DNA from: Armatimonadota bacterium
GTDB taxonomy: Bacteria > Vulcanimicrobiota > JACPDS01 > JBDRKI01
NCBI GenBank assembly: GCA_043814095.1
Contig: JBDRKI010000023.1
Location: forward strand, 277-64,276
DNA length: 64,000 nucleotides
Direction: 5' to 3'
Shown: piece after piece, positions 39,573 through 49,804 of the stretch
How positions within the stretch are numbered: the stretch's first letter is position 1
How the letters are laid out: each line of letters starts with the position of its first letter
Program-made: the position numbers and the translations under genes
The notes under the pieces: model-generated
The model's input: the letters and a program-made list of their open reading frames with translations, nothing else
Databases searched by the model: none
What the model was told of the DNA's origin: nothing

Positions 39573-40090
39573 TTAATCCATATATTTTAAAAACTTTTTT
39601 AATAAATCTCGCTCTATTTTTTCAATTGCCTCTACAGAAACCGCATCCATTAAATTCCAAAAATGCCGGCTATCAATTTTATTCAAACTACACCTGAGCA
39701 AATATTCGCAAGAAGTTGTTTTTACCCAGCTCCACCATCCATTCTTGCTCGTTGGCATGCAGGCTCGTCCCATGTCTGCAAGCAAAAGAGTAATCCCGGC
39801 TGTTAAATTATTTCTAACCGGCTTTTCGGCCGTGTAAGATCTGGATGACTTAATATATTGATTAATCGTTAAGGGAACTTCTAATTTATCAGCCACATTA
39901 AGCAATGCGGCCACGGCGCCATAGGTATATGATTTTAAGCGCAATCCATCGGTAAGCCCCCGCATGCGCCTTAATAAATCTTCAGCCTTGCCAAGATAAG
40001 CAAGGACAATAGGCCTTGGCTTGCTCTGGATTCCACTATGTACCAGTATCTGTGTCCTCTTGAATTCTTGGGTTGGATTGTAGCCATATT
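39573..40090 (-). pseudogene. IS1634-family (IS4-superfamily) transposase N-terminal fragment, frameshifted and truncated
   Basis: MATIQPKNSRGHRYWYIVESRASQG...GKAEDLLRRMRG matches the IS1634 Tnp N-terminal pattern. Frame switch near 39975; ORF ends after ~170 aa. Confidence 0.55.
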
Positions 40091-40260
40091 CAGCACTTCC
40101 TCAGTGTATACGTAAATTTTGAAAACAAAAAAACCGCAACCTTGGTTGTTGTAATAAATTGCGGCTCAAACTTTTATCGGAAAATTAATTTCGTAATAAA
40201 CTCACGCTAGGTTTCCTCTCAATCCTAGAAAGATACTCACTAACTCTTAATTCTTGTTGA

Positions 40261-40326
40261 ACCGCCGTATGCCGAACGGCTTGTACGGTGGTGTGAGAGG
40301 ACGGGGGCTAACCGCCTCCTCCTACT
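40261..40326 (+). mobile_element. Group II intron domain V (40261-40292) plus putative domain VI; 3' end remnant
   Basis: ACCGCCGTATGCCGAACGGCTTGTACGGTGGT fits the DV consensus (CCGUAU...GNRA-like...ACGUACGG) with a two-stem architecture; the downstream hairpin GAGGAcgggggcuaaccgccUCCUC follows. Confidence 0.5.
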
Positions 40327-40338
40327 CGATTTATTTAT

Positions 40339-41253
40339 TTACGCCAGAGGCAGACGGAATGTAAATTTAGTCCCTTGCTCTATACCGCTTTCCAGTTTTA
40401 TCTCTGAAGCGTGGCCTTCTAGATAAGTTTTCACTATATATAATCCGAGTCCCGTGCCTTCGCTTCTTTGTCCTTTTATCCGGGTAAATTTTTTAAATAC
40501 ATCCTGCTGTTTTTCCTGGGGGATCCCGCATCCTGTATCCGAGACTTCAAAAGCTGCTTTATCCTTATGCCTGCGGCACGAGATTTTTATTGTCCCTCCC
40601 ATAGGGGTATATCTTAATGCATTATTTACAAGATTGTAGAAAATATGGCGCAGTTTATCATAGTCGGCATGAACGGTTGTGTCTTTGCCTCCGGAAAAAG
40701 TAAGATTAACCTGTTTGAAATCGGCATAAGGCTTAAAAATATAATTTAATTCCTGGAATAAGTTTTCCACTTCAAAATTTTCAAAGTGGTAATCTGATTT
40801 ACCCGAATCTATTTTAGCCGCGCCGGTTACATTGTTTACCATATAAAGGAGCGCGTTTTCGGAAAATCTCATGCCTTCTATACATGAGAGTTTTTCGTTG
40901 CCTTCCAGCCGGGGCAGGAGATCTGTAGTGGCTATTATGGTGCTTAATGGGGTTTTAAGGTCGTGTATAAGCATTGACAGGAACTCTTCCCGGGCTTTCT
41001 GGAGTTCTTTGTCCGCTTCTTTTCTTTCTTTGATCTGTTTTTTAAAGGGAAGTATCATAAAAAAATAAAGAGCGGGGAAAAGAGTTATAACAAGGAGGCC
41101 TGAGTCAATTCCCAGCTCTATCCATACAGGATAGGGCAGGTAGCGTATAAAAAGCATTATAAGGATATCGCATATAATTATCGCAAGTATTATAATGCCG
41201 AGCAGAAGCCAGAGTTTAGGTTCCGTATATTTTTTTTCTGTTGTATCTATCAT
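40339..41253 (-). CDS. Sensor histidine kinase (2 TM, HisKA and HATPase_c); no cognate response regulator adjacent
   Basis: H-box LIHDLKTPL; N, G1, G2 boxes (NLVNNALRYT, DTGCGIP, GLGLYI). Confidence 0.8.
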   Translation of the reverse strand: MIDTTEKKYTEPKLWLLLGIIILAIIICDILIMLFIRYLPYPVWIELGIDSGLLVITLFPALYFFMILPFKKQIKERKEADKELQKAREEFLSMLIHDLKTPLSTIIATTDLLPRLEGNEKLSCIEGMRFSENALLYMVNNVTGAAKIDSGKSDYHFENFEVENLFQELNYIFKPYADFKQVNLTFSGGKDTTVHADYDKLRHIFYNLVNNALRYTPMGGTIKISCRRHKDKAAFEVSDTGCGIPQEKQQDVFKKFTRIKGQRSEGTGLGLYIVKTYLEGHASEIKLESGIEQGTKFTFRLPLA

Positions 41254-41258
41254 GATAA

Positions 41259-43142
41259 TTACTGCTGGTCTACAAGCTTCTCGGCTTCACCGAGAAGCTT
41301 TTCAAATAATTTTATCGCCGGAGTTATGGATTCGGGCTTTGTCATATCAAGTCCGGCATTCTTTAAAAGTTCTATCGGGAAATCAGATCCGCCTGATTTT
41401 AAAAGAGTGAAATATTTTTCTCTTGCGGGGGCGCCTTCTGTCATTATTTTATCATAGAAGTATGTGGATGCGGCAAAACAGGTAGAGTACTGGTATACAT
41501 AATATTTGTAAAGGTAGAAATGGCGCACTCTTGCCCATTCATACGCATTTATATCATCTATCTGAACATCGGGACCGTAGTATTTCCTGCAGAGTTTGAG
41601 ATAATAGCTGTCTACCAGGTCTTTGGTTAGGGGCTTTCCTTCTTCTGTCCATGTATGAATCTGCTTTTCAAATTCAGCGAACATTGTTTGTCTGTAGAGC
41701 GTGGATATTGTACGGTGCAGGTAGTTCATGACAAGGTAAAGTTTTTCGTTTCTGTCTTTGCTGTGTTCAAGGAGATAGTTTATCATCATATGTTCATTAA
41801 AAGTTGAAGCTACTTCGGCTATGAATACTGGATAATTGGAATATACGTATGGCTGGTTTTCGTTTGTCCAGTAAGTATGTACCGAGTGCCCCAGTTCGTG
41901 GGCCAGGGTAAAAACTTCTGACAGGTTATTGGAATAGTTTAAGAGTATAAAGGGTTTTGTTCCGTAAGCTCCCCAGGAATAAGCGCCTGCGCGCTTTCCT
42001 TTTGTTTCGTAAACATCTATCCAGCGGTCGTTAAAGCCTTTTTCTATTATTGCCGTGTATTCTTTACCCAGCGGCTTTAATGCTTCCATTATGATTTTCC
42101 GGGCTTCGGGATAAGTTATCGAAGTTGCCGGGGGTTTTATTATAGGGTAATAGTGATCATAAACATTATAGTCTTCTAATCCAGAGAGCTTTTTTCTTAA
42201 TGCATAGTAGCGGTGGACAACATCCAGGTTTTCGTTTATGACCTTAATAAGGTTATCATAAACATTTACGGGGATATTATCTTTATCAAGCACGTATTCC
42301 AATGTGGTTTTGTATTTTGCGTTATTTGCATAAAACCAGTCGCCCTGGAGTTTTGCCGCAAGGATGCTGGTAAAGGTATTCATATACTGGCCGTATGTGT
42401 TGTAAAATGCCTCGTAAAATCTTTTACGCACATTCCTGTCTGTGCTCTCAAGTCCGGCTAAAAATGTGCCGTAGCTTAACTGGATATCTTTACCTTCTTC
42501 ATCTTTAACTTTAGGAAATTTTATATCGGCGAAAAATAGTAAATTATAAATATTGGGGATGCCTTCATACATATCACCGGTTGAAGCTACAATAGCTTCT
42601 TTGTCGGCCGATAAAATATGAGCCCTTAAGTGTCTTAATTTTTCAAAGTAAAAATCATAGGTTTTTAGCCCGGGTTCCTGATTTATAAAATTTGAAAGTT
42701 TTTTATCGGGAAGAGCCAGTATCTCCGGATCTATAAAGGAAAGAGAGGTATTTGTTTTAGTTCTTAAGGAAGTTGCCCGGGACTGTAGCGCCTGGTATGC
42801 TTCATTTTTTGCGTCTTCATCCGAGCGCATTACGGCATAAGAGTAGATCCTGTCATTAAGCATATATATTTTATCTGTAAGTTTTAGCCCCGAAAGAAGT
42901 CTCTGCGCGGAATCAGTAAGGTTGCCTTCATAGCCTTCCGCCTCTTTTAAAAGTTTTTCGCACTCGGAAAATTCTTTCTCCCAGTCTGCATCGGTTGCGT
43001 ACATTGATTCAAGATCCCATTTATATTCTTCCTGTATCTGGGATCTTTCTTTTGCTTCCTCAATAGCGGAAAATCCGGGCACTGCAAGGATAAACGCTAT
43101 AAGAAGCAGGACGGTGATTAGTTTTACAGATGTCTTTTTCAT
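41259..43142 (-). CDS. pepF: Secreted oligoendopeptidase F (peptidase M3B)
   Basis: Signal peptide; HELGHSVH zinc motif. Confidence 0.75.
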   Translation of the reverse strand: MKKTSVKLITVLLLIAFILAVPGFSAIEEAKERSQIQEEYKWDLESMYATDADWEKEFSECEKLLKEAEGYEGNLTDSAQRLLSGLKLTDKIYMLNDRIYSYAVMRSDEDAKNEAYQALQSRATSLRTKTNTSLSFIDPEILALPDKKLSNFINQEPGLKTYDFYFEKLRHLRAHILSADKEAIVASTGDMYEGIPNIYNLLFFADIKFPKVKDEEGKDIQLSYGTFLAGLESTDRNVRKRFYEAFYNTYGQYMNTFTSILAAKLQGDWFYANNAKYKTTLEYVLDKDNIPVNVYDNLIKVINENLDVVHRYYALRKKLSGLEDYNVYDHYYPIIKPPATSITYPEARKIIMEALKPLGKEYTAIIEKGFNDRWIDVYETKGKRAGAYSWGAYGTKPFILLNYSNNLSEVFTLAHELGHSVHTYWTNENQPYVYSNYPVFIAEVASTFNEHMMINYLLEHSKDRNEKLYLVMNYLHRTISTLYRQTMFAEFEKQIHTWTEEGKPLTKDLVDSYYLKLCRKYYGPDVQIDDINAYEWARVRHFYLYKYYVYQYSTCFAASTYFYDKIMTEGAPAREKYFTLLKSGGSDFPIELLKNAGLDMTKPESITPAIKLFEKLLGEAEKLVDQQ

Positions 43143-43174
43143 AAACTTCCTCCCGTATTAAATATATACGTAAA

Positions 43175-44575
43175 TTACTGCCAGCCCGTTAAGACCGGCC
43201 ATATTAAAAGCGCCATGCTTAAAATGCAGTAGAAAATAAGAAGGGGCATCATCCATCTTACCCATCTGCCCCAGGGTATTACGGCTAATCCCAGAACTCC
43301 CATTGTTACGGCTGATGTGGGGAGAACCGGGTTTACAAGCTCGCATAGCTGGAAGGCGAGCACCGAGGTCTGGCGGGTTATGCCTGTTAAATCGCTTAAC
43401 GGCGCCATGATGGGTATGGTTAACGCGGCCTGCCCGCTTCCAGAATGAACAAAGAAATTGATTATGCATTGGACGTAAAACATAAGCCATGCCGTTATAA
43501 CAGGCGGGAATCTGGATATGAAGTTTGATAAAAAGTAAAGGATTGTATCAAGTATCTTTCCGTCAACGGCTATTATAAGGATTGCCTTTGCGCATGCTAT
43601 TATAAGGATGGGGTTTATCATATCTTTAGCGCCGTTTGCATATGCCTTTGCTATTTTATCTGAATCAAGCCCTCCCGCGATACCGCATATAAGTCCGAGG
43701 GCCAGAAATAAAGCGGCAATCTCTTCAATATACCACTGCCATTTTAAAATACCGTATATAAGTACAACCATCCCCAGAACAAATATAGAGAGAACAAGTT
43801 TGTGCCGGAAGGTTACTTCAGCTTCTATTGTCTGATCTTTTTCAATCTTATCTTTGCGCAGTTTGTCTAAGTCATGCACAGGGCTGAGGTTGGGATTTTT
43901 ATAAATTTTGCCGGCATAAAGCATGACAAATGTGATGGTTACTGTGGTAGTGATAATCCATATTATTATCCTGTACTCAAGTCCCGAATAAAGCGGTATG
44001 CCTGCGAAATTCTGCGCTATACCCACGGTGAAAGGATTAAAGAACGCTCCTCCGAATCCGGCGGCGGCTCCCAGAAACGGTATTGCCACACCAACAAGGG
44101 AATCGTAGCCCAGGGAAACCGCAAGCGGCACGAATATAAGGATGAAGGGGAGGGTTTCCTCGCACATCCCGAATACCGCGCCTCCCAGGGAAAATATTGT
44201 CATTATAACAGGGATAAATAACACGCGCAGGTATTTATTTTTTCCGAGTATAAGGGCGGCTTTGTTGATAAATGAAGTCACCGCTCCTGTTTCCTGTATG
44301 ACGCAGAATGCCCCGCCTATTACAAGCAGGAATACTATTATTCCTGCGCCTTCTTTAAATCCCTTGATGGGCGCTGTCAGGATCTGTATGCTCTGCGGGT
44401 TATGTTCGGTATATTTAAATGAGCCCGCTACCGTGATTTCTTTGCCGTTTTTCTCAACTCTTTCGTATTCCCCGCCCGGTATTATCCATGTGCACAGAGC
44501 CACAAGTACAATTGTAAAGAAGATAAGCGCCAGGGTATTGGGCATTTTAAAGCGGAATTTTTTCTTTTCTTCCAT
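43175..44575 (-). CDS. YfcC-family membrane transporter (DcuC-like anaerobic carrier superfamily)
   Basis: Characteristic YfcC N-terminus (xPxxLALIFxxIVLxALxTWIIPxGEY). Confidence 0.7.
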   Translation of the reverse strand: MEEKKKFRFKMPNTLALIFFTIVLVALCTWIIPGGEYERVEKNGKEITVAGSFKYTEHNPQSIQILTAPIKGFKEGAGIIVFLLVIGGAFCVIQETGAVTSFINKAALILGKNKYLRVLFIPVIMTIFSLGGAVFGMCEETLPFILIFVPLAVSLGYDSLVGVAIPFLGAAAGFGGAFFNPFTVGIAQNFAGIPLYSGLEYRIIIWIITTTVTITFVMLYAGKIYKNPNLSPVHDLDKLRKDKIEKDQTIEAEVTFRHKLVLSIFVLGMVVLIYGILKWQWYIEEIAALFLALGLICGIAGGLDSDKIAKAYANGAKDMINPILIIACAKAILIIAVDGKILDTILYFLSNFISRFPPVITAWLMFYVQCIINFFVHSGSGQAALTIPIMAPLSDLTGITRQTSVLAFQLCELVNPVLPTSAVTMGVLGLAVIPWGRWVRWMMPLLIFYCILSMALLIWPVLTGWQ

Positions 44576-44677
44576 GGCCCCTTCCTTAATAAAAGAGATA
44601 TTTTTAAAAGGAGAAAAAGAAGGTTTTGGGAATTTATTTTCTCAAAAGAAACTTTATTCCTGCAAGGGGGATATTTC

Positions 44678-45271
44678 ATGAAACAGGATTTAATATCAAG
44701 CCCGGACACGGAAAGGGAAAACAGGATACCTCCCGGACAGCATCTTACGGGGGACTGGCCGGTTCTCCATGCGGGGGATATACCGGAAGTAGATATATCA
44801 TTATGGAGATTTAAAATAACGGGGCTTGTTGATAAAGAAAAGGAATTGACTTTTGAAGAATTTGATAAGCTTCCGAAAGTCAGGGTTTTTTCCGATATAC
44901 ACTGTGTTACCACCTGGTCGCGTCTTAATAATACATGGGAGGGTGTAAGCGCGAAAAAGACAAAAGATATAGTTAAAATTATGCCTGAAGCAAAATTTGT
45001 CATAGTGCATGCGGAGGGCGGTTTTACGACTAATCTTGAAATAGAAGATTTTTTCGCGGAAGATGTCCTCTTTGCCTTAAAGCACGATGATTCCCCGCTT
45101 GATTCCGGACACGGGGGCCCGGTTCGGCTTGTTGTGCCGCGTCTTTATTTCTGGAAGAGCGCTAAATGGGTTACGGGAATTGAATTTACGGATACTGACA
45201 GGCCCGGTTTTTGGGAGTCAAACGGGTATCATAATCACGGCGATCCGTGGAAAGAAGAAAGATACAGTTAA
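44678..45271 (+). CDS. Small molybdopterin-dependent oxidoreductase (sulfite-oxidase family, YuiH/MsrP-like catalytic domain)
   Basis: Conserved blocks HCVTxWS and GGPVRLVVPxxYxxKSxKW. Confidence 0.6.
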   Translation: MKQDLISSPDTERENRIPPGQHLTGDWPVLHAGDIPEVDISLWRFKITGLVDKEKELTFEEFDKLPKVRVFSDIHCVTTWSRLNNTWEGVSAKKTKDIVKIMPEAKFVIVHAEGGFTTNLEIEDFFAEDVLFALKHDDSPLDSGHGGPVRLVVPRLYFWKSAKWVTGIEFTDTDRPGFWESNGYHNHGDPWKEERYS

Positions 45272-45277
45272 AAAGAG

Positions 45278-46753
45278 GTGCGTATGAATTTATTTAAAAG
45301 AAAATCAGCCTCTCTAATAATCAAGGAATCCGAAGGCGTTCACGAGCATACATTAAAGAAATCTTTAAATTATTTTGACTTGATCCTGCTCGGGATAGGC
45401 GCCGTTATAGGCGCCGGTATTTTTGCCACGGTAGGCACCGCGGCGGCCGGCGGGGCGAACCACGCAGGCGCGGGACCCGGCCTTATTTTATCTTTTGTGA
45501 TAACCGCTGTTGCGTGTTCTTTCTGCGCGCTCTGCTACGCGGAGTTCGCCTCACTCCTGCCTATAGCGGGTAGCGCTTACACCTATACTTACGCCACGAT
45601 GGGCGAGCTTCTAGCCTGGATTATCGGATGGGATCTTATCGTTGAATATGCCGTGGGAAATGTTGCCGTGGCTATCTCATGGTCGGGATATCTTCGCGAG
45701 TTTGTGCGGGGTTTCGGGATAAACATACCCTTGTGGCTCTGCACCGATTCCAGAACGGCTCTGGCTGCGCCAGAGATAATTAATAATGCCCCTCATGTTT
45801 TAGGTATTCCTATAGTAATTAATCTTCCGGCTGTTTTAATTGTTGCTTTTGTAACCTATATACTTGTTGTAGGGATAAAGGAAAGCTCCAATTTCAACGC
45901 TGTTATGGTAGCTGTTAAAATTCTGGTACTCTTTTTCTTTATAGCAATCGGAGCTTTTTATGTGAAACCGCAGAACTGGTCGCCTTTTATGCCCAACGGC
46001 TGGGCCGGGATACAGACAGGCGCCGCCCTTATATTTTTTGCGTATATTGGTTTTGATGCCATATCAACAACCGCTGAAGAGGTTAAAAATCCTAAAAAGG
46101 ATCTGCCTATAGGTATTATAGGTTCACTGGTAATCTGTACTATTATTTATATCGCCGTAACCGTCGTTTTAACCGGCATTGTGCCTTACACAAAGCTGGG
46201 AACGGCCGAACCTCTAGCTACTGCGTTAAACGCGATAAACTTAAACTGGGCGGCCGGAATTGTTTCTTTCGGCGCGCTTATAGCCACAACCGCGGTTCTT
46301 CTTGTTTTCCAGATGGGCCAGCCCAGAATATTTTTTTCAATGTCAAGGGACGGGCTTCTTCCGAAAGTTTTCTCATCCATTCACAAAAAATTTAAGACCC
46401 CTCATGTTGTCACGATTATAACGGGGGTGGCTGTTGCCGTTTTCGCGGCTTTCGCGAATATTGACGAGATGGTTGAGCTCTGCAATATAGGGACGCTTTT
46501 CGCGTTTATTCTTGTCTGCGCCGGGATTATAATTTTAAGGTATAAAGAACCCAATCTTATAAGAGCGTTTAAGACGCCTCTTGTGCCGCTTGTGCCTATA
46601 CTGGGGATATTATCATGCCTGTATCTGGCTTGGGGGCTCCCGGGAAAGACATGGCTCCGGTTCGGAGTATGGCTCGCTATAGGGCTTGTTATTTATTTTA
46701 TCTACGGGTATAAGCACAGCAGGCTTAGAAAATCAAATAATCAAGAGAAATAA
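45278..46753 (+). CDS. Amino acid permease (APC family)
   Basis: 12-TM protein with APC pattern. Confidence 0.75.
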   Translation: MRMNLFKRKSASLIIKESEGVHEHTLKKSLNYFDLILLGIGAVIGAGIFATVGTAAAGGANHAGAGPGLILSFVITAVACSFCALCYAEFASLLPIAGSAYTYTYATMGELLAWIIGWDLIVEYAVGNVAVAISWSGYLREFVRGFGINIPLWLCTDSRTALAAPEIINNAPHVLGIPIVINLPAVLIVAFVTYILVVGIKESSNFNAVMVAVKILVLFFFIAIGAFYVKPQNWSPFMPNGWAGIQTGAALIFFAYIGFDAISTTAEEVKNPKKDLPIGIIGSLVICTIIYIAVTVVLTGIVPYTKLGTAEPLATALNAINLNWAAGIVSFGALIATTAVLLVFQMGQPRIFFSMSRDGLLPKVFSSIHKKFKTPHVVTIITGVAVAVFAAFANIDEMVELCNIGTLFAFILVCAGIIILRYKEPNLIRAFKTPLVPLVPILGILSCLYLAWGLPGKTWLRFGVWLAIGLVIYFIYGYKHSRLRKSNNQEK

Positions 46754-46856
46754 AGGTCATACTTTTGTCAATATTGTTTCACAGGCAGGAAAACTTACGT
46801 TATTATGTAAAATTATATCTTTAACCTTGTTATTATTTTAATTAAAGGGTTGGGAT

Positions 46857-47507
46857 ATGATTGATTTTGTCAAAAACAAGTTAAAAGGTGATACAAGAGG
46901 CATAATTACAACGGCAAGGATAGAAACATTAAGCGACGGTATTTTTGCAATAGTTATGACACTGCTTGTTCTTGATATAAAGATTATCCCTCCGGGGACA
47001 AACGAGATGGAAAACCTTATGCAGATTTTCAGGAGTCTTGCCCCGAAGATAGCAACTTATATACTGGCTTTTTTAATTCTCGGCTCTTTCTGGGTAGCGC
47101 ATCATCTCCAGTTTTCATATATTAAGAGGTCAAATAAAATACTGCTCTGGATAAATATCGTGTTCCTGATGAGTATAGCTTTTATACCGTTTTCAACTTA
47201 TATGATTCATGAATACGGCGGCCATCATATAGTGGTTCTCCTGTTCGGTGCGAACCTGACCGTAGCAAGCATCCTGCTTTATTTTAACTGGTTTTACGCG
47301 GCAAGGATAGGCGGTCTTGTTGACAAGGATTTGGATCCCAAGCGTATAGAAGCTATCTCTTGGAAATCAATAGCCGTTATGCTGGTGTATGTAGCGGCTC
47401 TTCTGGTTTCGTTATATAAAATAGACTTGAGTTATTATGTGTATTTTCTTATACCGGTACTGCAGTCTGTAGTGGGCAGAAAATTTGACAATGCACAGTC
47501 CGGTTAA
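46857..47507 (+). CDS. DUF1211 / TMEM175-like membrane protein (putative K+ channel)
   Basis: RxExLSDGxFAIxMTLLVL signature. Confidence 0.65.
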   Translation: MIDFVKNKLKGDTRGIITTARIETLSDGIFAIVMTLLVLDIKIIPPGTNEMENLMQIFRSLAPKIATYILAFLILGSFWVAHHLQFSYIKRSNKILLWINIVFLMSIAFIPFSTYMIHEYGGHHIVVLLFGANLTVASILLYFNWFYAARIGGLVDKDLDPKRIEAISWKSIAVMLVYVAALLVSLYKIDLSYYVYFLIPVLQSVVGRKFDNAQSG

Positions 47508-47543
47508 AGGAAAAAAAATAAAGAAAAGGTATTAATTTAAATT

Positions 47544-48767
47544 ATGAGTAAAGAAAAAATTTCATTTGCGGTAATAGGATGCGGGACAGTCGGGAGCGAG
47601 GTCATCCGCCAGTTTCTTGCCAAAAAAGATTCAGAGCTTTTTTCTTCTTTTGAGCTTAAATATGTGTGTGAGAAATATCCTAAAAAAGAATATAATTTTC
47701 CATTCCCTTTTGATATTTTATGCGAAGATGCTCAAACAGCAATAAATGATCCGGAAATAAAATTTATTATAGAGCTTATAGGGGGCATAAATCCGGCAAA
47801 AGAGATCATTATAGACGCATTAAAGAAAGGCAAACACGTGATAACGGCTAACAAGGCTCTTCTCGCGGAAGAAGGGAATGAGGTTTTTGCCGAGGCCCAT
47901 AAAGCAAAGAGGATGATAAGGTATGAAGCCGCGGTAGGCGGGGGGATGCCTGTAATAAGGGCGCTTCAGGAGAATCTTTCTGCGGATGAAGTAGTTTCTT
48001 TTGAGGGGATACTTAACGCCACCACAAATTATATTCTAACAAGAGTCAATAATTTCCACGAAACGATTAAGGACAGTATTAAAGAAGCCCAGAAGCTGGG
48101 TCTTGCCGAACAGGATCCTTCAAAAGACGTTGAAGGCATAGATGCCGCTCATAAACTTGCTCTTCTTGCAACCACAATAGACGGATGCGTGCCTCCGTTT
48201 TGGTCCATTAAATACAAAGGAATTATGGATATTACCGAGCTTGATTTCCAGGTTGCCGAGAAGCTAGGGTTTACTATTAAGCTTATAGCTAAATACGTAA
48301 AAAATGAGATTTTGAGAGTAGAACCCCTAATGATACCTGCCTCAAATCCTCTATATAGCGTAGATTATGAATTAAACGGGATTAATTTTAACTGCGAAAA
48401 TTTAGGTAATATATTTATCTCCGGCGCAGGCGGGGGAGGCAAACCTACCGCTGTATCGGTTCTTTCCGATATACTCCAGATTGAGAAAGATATACAGCTC
48501 GGCAGTTATATCCCGGCGCTTAAGAGCTGTAAGCTTATGGATAATATTAATTTCCCGAATAACTACTGTATTTATAAAGCGGGGAAAGATATATCTTTTG
48601 CAACCTCTCTGCCTCTAAAGCAGAAAGGTGTATTTAAAATTGAAAATAAAGAATACGCAGTAGCTATAACAGAAAAAATTTCCGATAATGAACTAAGCAA
48701 GTTCTCGGAGGTGCATACGGATTTAAAGGTAATTTCTATTGAACTTGAAAAAGGAGATATATCCTGA
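47544..48767 (+). CDS. hom: Homoserine dehydrogenase
   Basis: N-terminal GxGxVG NAD-binding motif plus a C-terminal ACT-like region. Confidence 0.8.
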   Translation: MSKEKISFAVIGCGTVGSEVIRQFLAKKDSELFSSFELKYVCEKYPKKEYNFPFPFDILCEDAQTAINDPEIKFIIELIGGINPAKEIIIDALKKGKHVITANKALLAEEGNEVFAEAHKAKRMIRYEAAVGGGMPVIRALQENLSADEVVSFEGILNATTNYILTRVNNFHETIKDSIKEAQKLGLAEQDPSKDVEGIDAAHKLALLATTIDGCVPPFWSIKYKGIMDITELDFQVAEKLGFTIKLIAKYVKNEILRVEPLMIPASNPLYSVDYELNGINFNCENLGNIFISGAGGGGKPTAVSVLSDILQIEKDIQLGSYIPALKSCKLMDNINFPNNYCIYKAGKDISFATSLPLKQKGVFKIENKEYAVAITEKISDNELSKFSEVHTDLKVISIELEKGDIS

Positions 48768-49804
48768 TGTATATATTTGAAAAATATAAGGAGTATCTGC
48801 CTATAACTTCCAGTACTCCGCTTATATCTTTAGAAGAATGCAACACCCCCCTTATACCTTCTAAATTTTTTAAAGACCATAAAGTTTATTATAAATTTGA
48901 AGGGATGAACCCCACAGGTTCTTTTAAAGACAGGGGTATGTGTATAACTGTTTCCAAGGCGCTGGAAGAAGGAGCCAAAGCCGTTATATGCGCGTCAACA
49001 GGGAATACTTCCGCATCCGCAGCCGCGTACGCAGCGCGCGCGGGAATAAAATGCATCGTCCTTATACCGCATAACTCAATTGCCCTCGGCAAGCTTTCAC
49101 AGGCGATGATAGTAGGAGCGAAAGTTATAGCGGTAAAAGCCAATTTTGATAAAGCGTTGGAACTTGTGCGCAGTATATCAAAAAATTATCCCGTTACACT
49201 TGTTAATTCAGTGAACCCCTACCGAATTTCCGGCCAGAAAACAGCTTCTTTTGAAATATGCGATAAACTGGGATCTGCTCCGGATTATCTTTTCATTCCC
49301 GTTGGCAATGCCGGGAATATAACCGCGTACTGGAAAGGTTTTAAGGAATATAAAGACAGCGGGAAGATAGACAGTCTTCCTAAAATGATGGGATTCCAGG
49401 CAGAAGGCGCCTCTCCCATAGTTAACGGGAAGGTTGTTGAGAACCCGCAGACTCTCGCAACAGCTATAAAGATTGGCAACCCCGCAAGCTGGAAAGGCGC
49501 AGTTGATGCAAGGGATTCCTCGGGCGGGCTCATAGAGAGTGTTACCGATAACGAGATAATAAAAGCGCATCATATACTGGCGGTAGAAGAAGGAATCTTC
49601 ACCGAACCCGCCTCTGCCGCATCTGTTGCCGGGCTTATAAAACTTATTGAGAGCGGCTATTTTAAAGAAAAAAATAGAAATATAGTATGTGTCTTAACAG
49701 GCCACGGTTTAAAAGACCCGGATTTTGCGGTTAAACATTCGCCGCAGGTGGAAGTTACAGAGCCCGATGAGGATAAAATATTAGAAAAGGCAGGATTATT
49801 ATAA
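48767..49804 (+). CDS. thrC: Threonine synthase
   Basis: PLP lysine motif EGMNPTGSFKDRG. Confidence 0.85.
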   Translation: MYIFEKYKEYLPITSSTPLISLEECNTPLIPSKFFKDHKVYYKFEGMNPTGSFKDRGMCITVSKALEEGAKAVICASTGNTSASAAAYAARAGIKCIVLIPHNSIALGKLSQAMIVGAKVIAVKANFDKALELVRSISKNYPVTLVNSVNPYRISGQKTASFEICDKLGSAPDYLFIPVGNAGNITAYWKGFKEYKDSGKIDSLPKMMGFQAEGASPIVNGKVVENPQTLATAIKIGNPASWKGAVDARDSSGGLIESVTDNEIIKAHHILAVEEGIFTEPASAASVAGLIKLIESGYFKEKNRNIVCVLTGHGLKDPDFAVKHSPQVEVTEPDEDKILEKAGLL

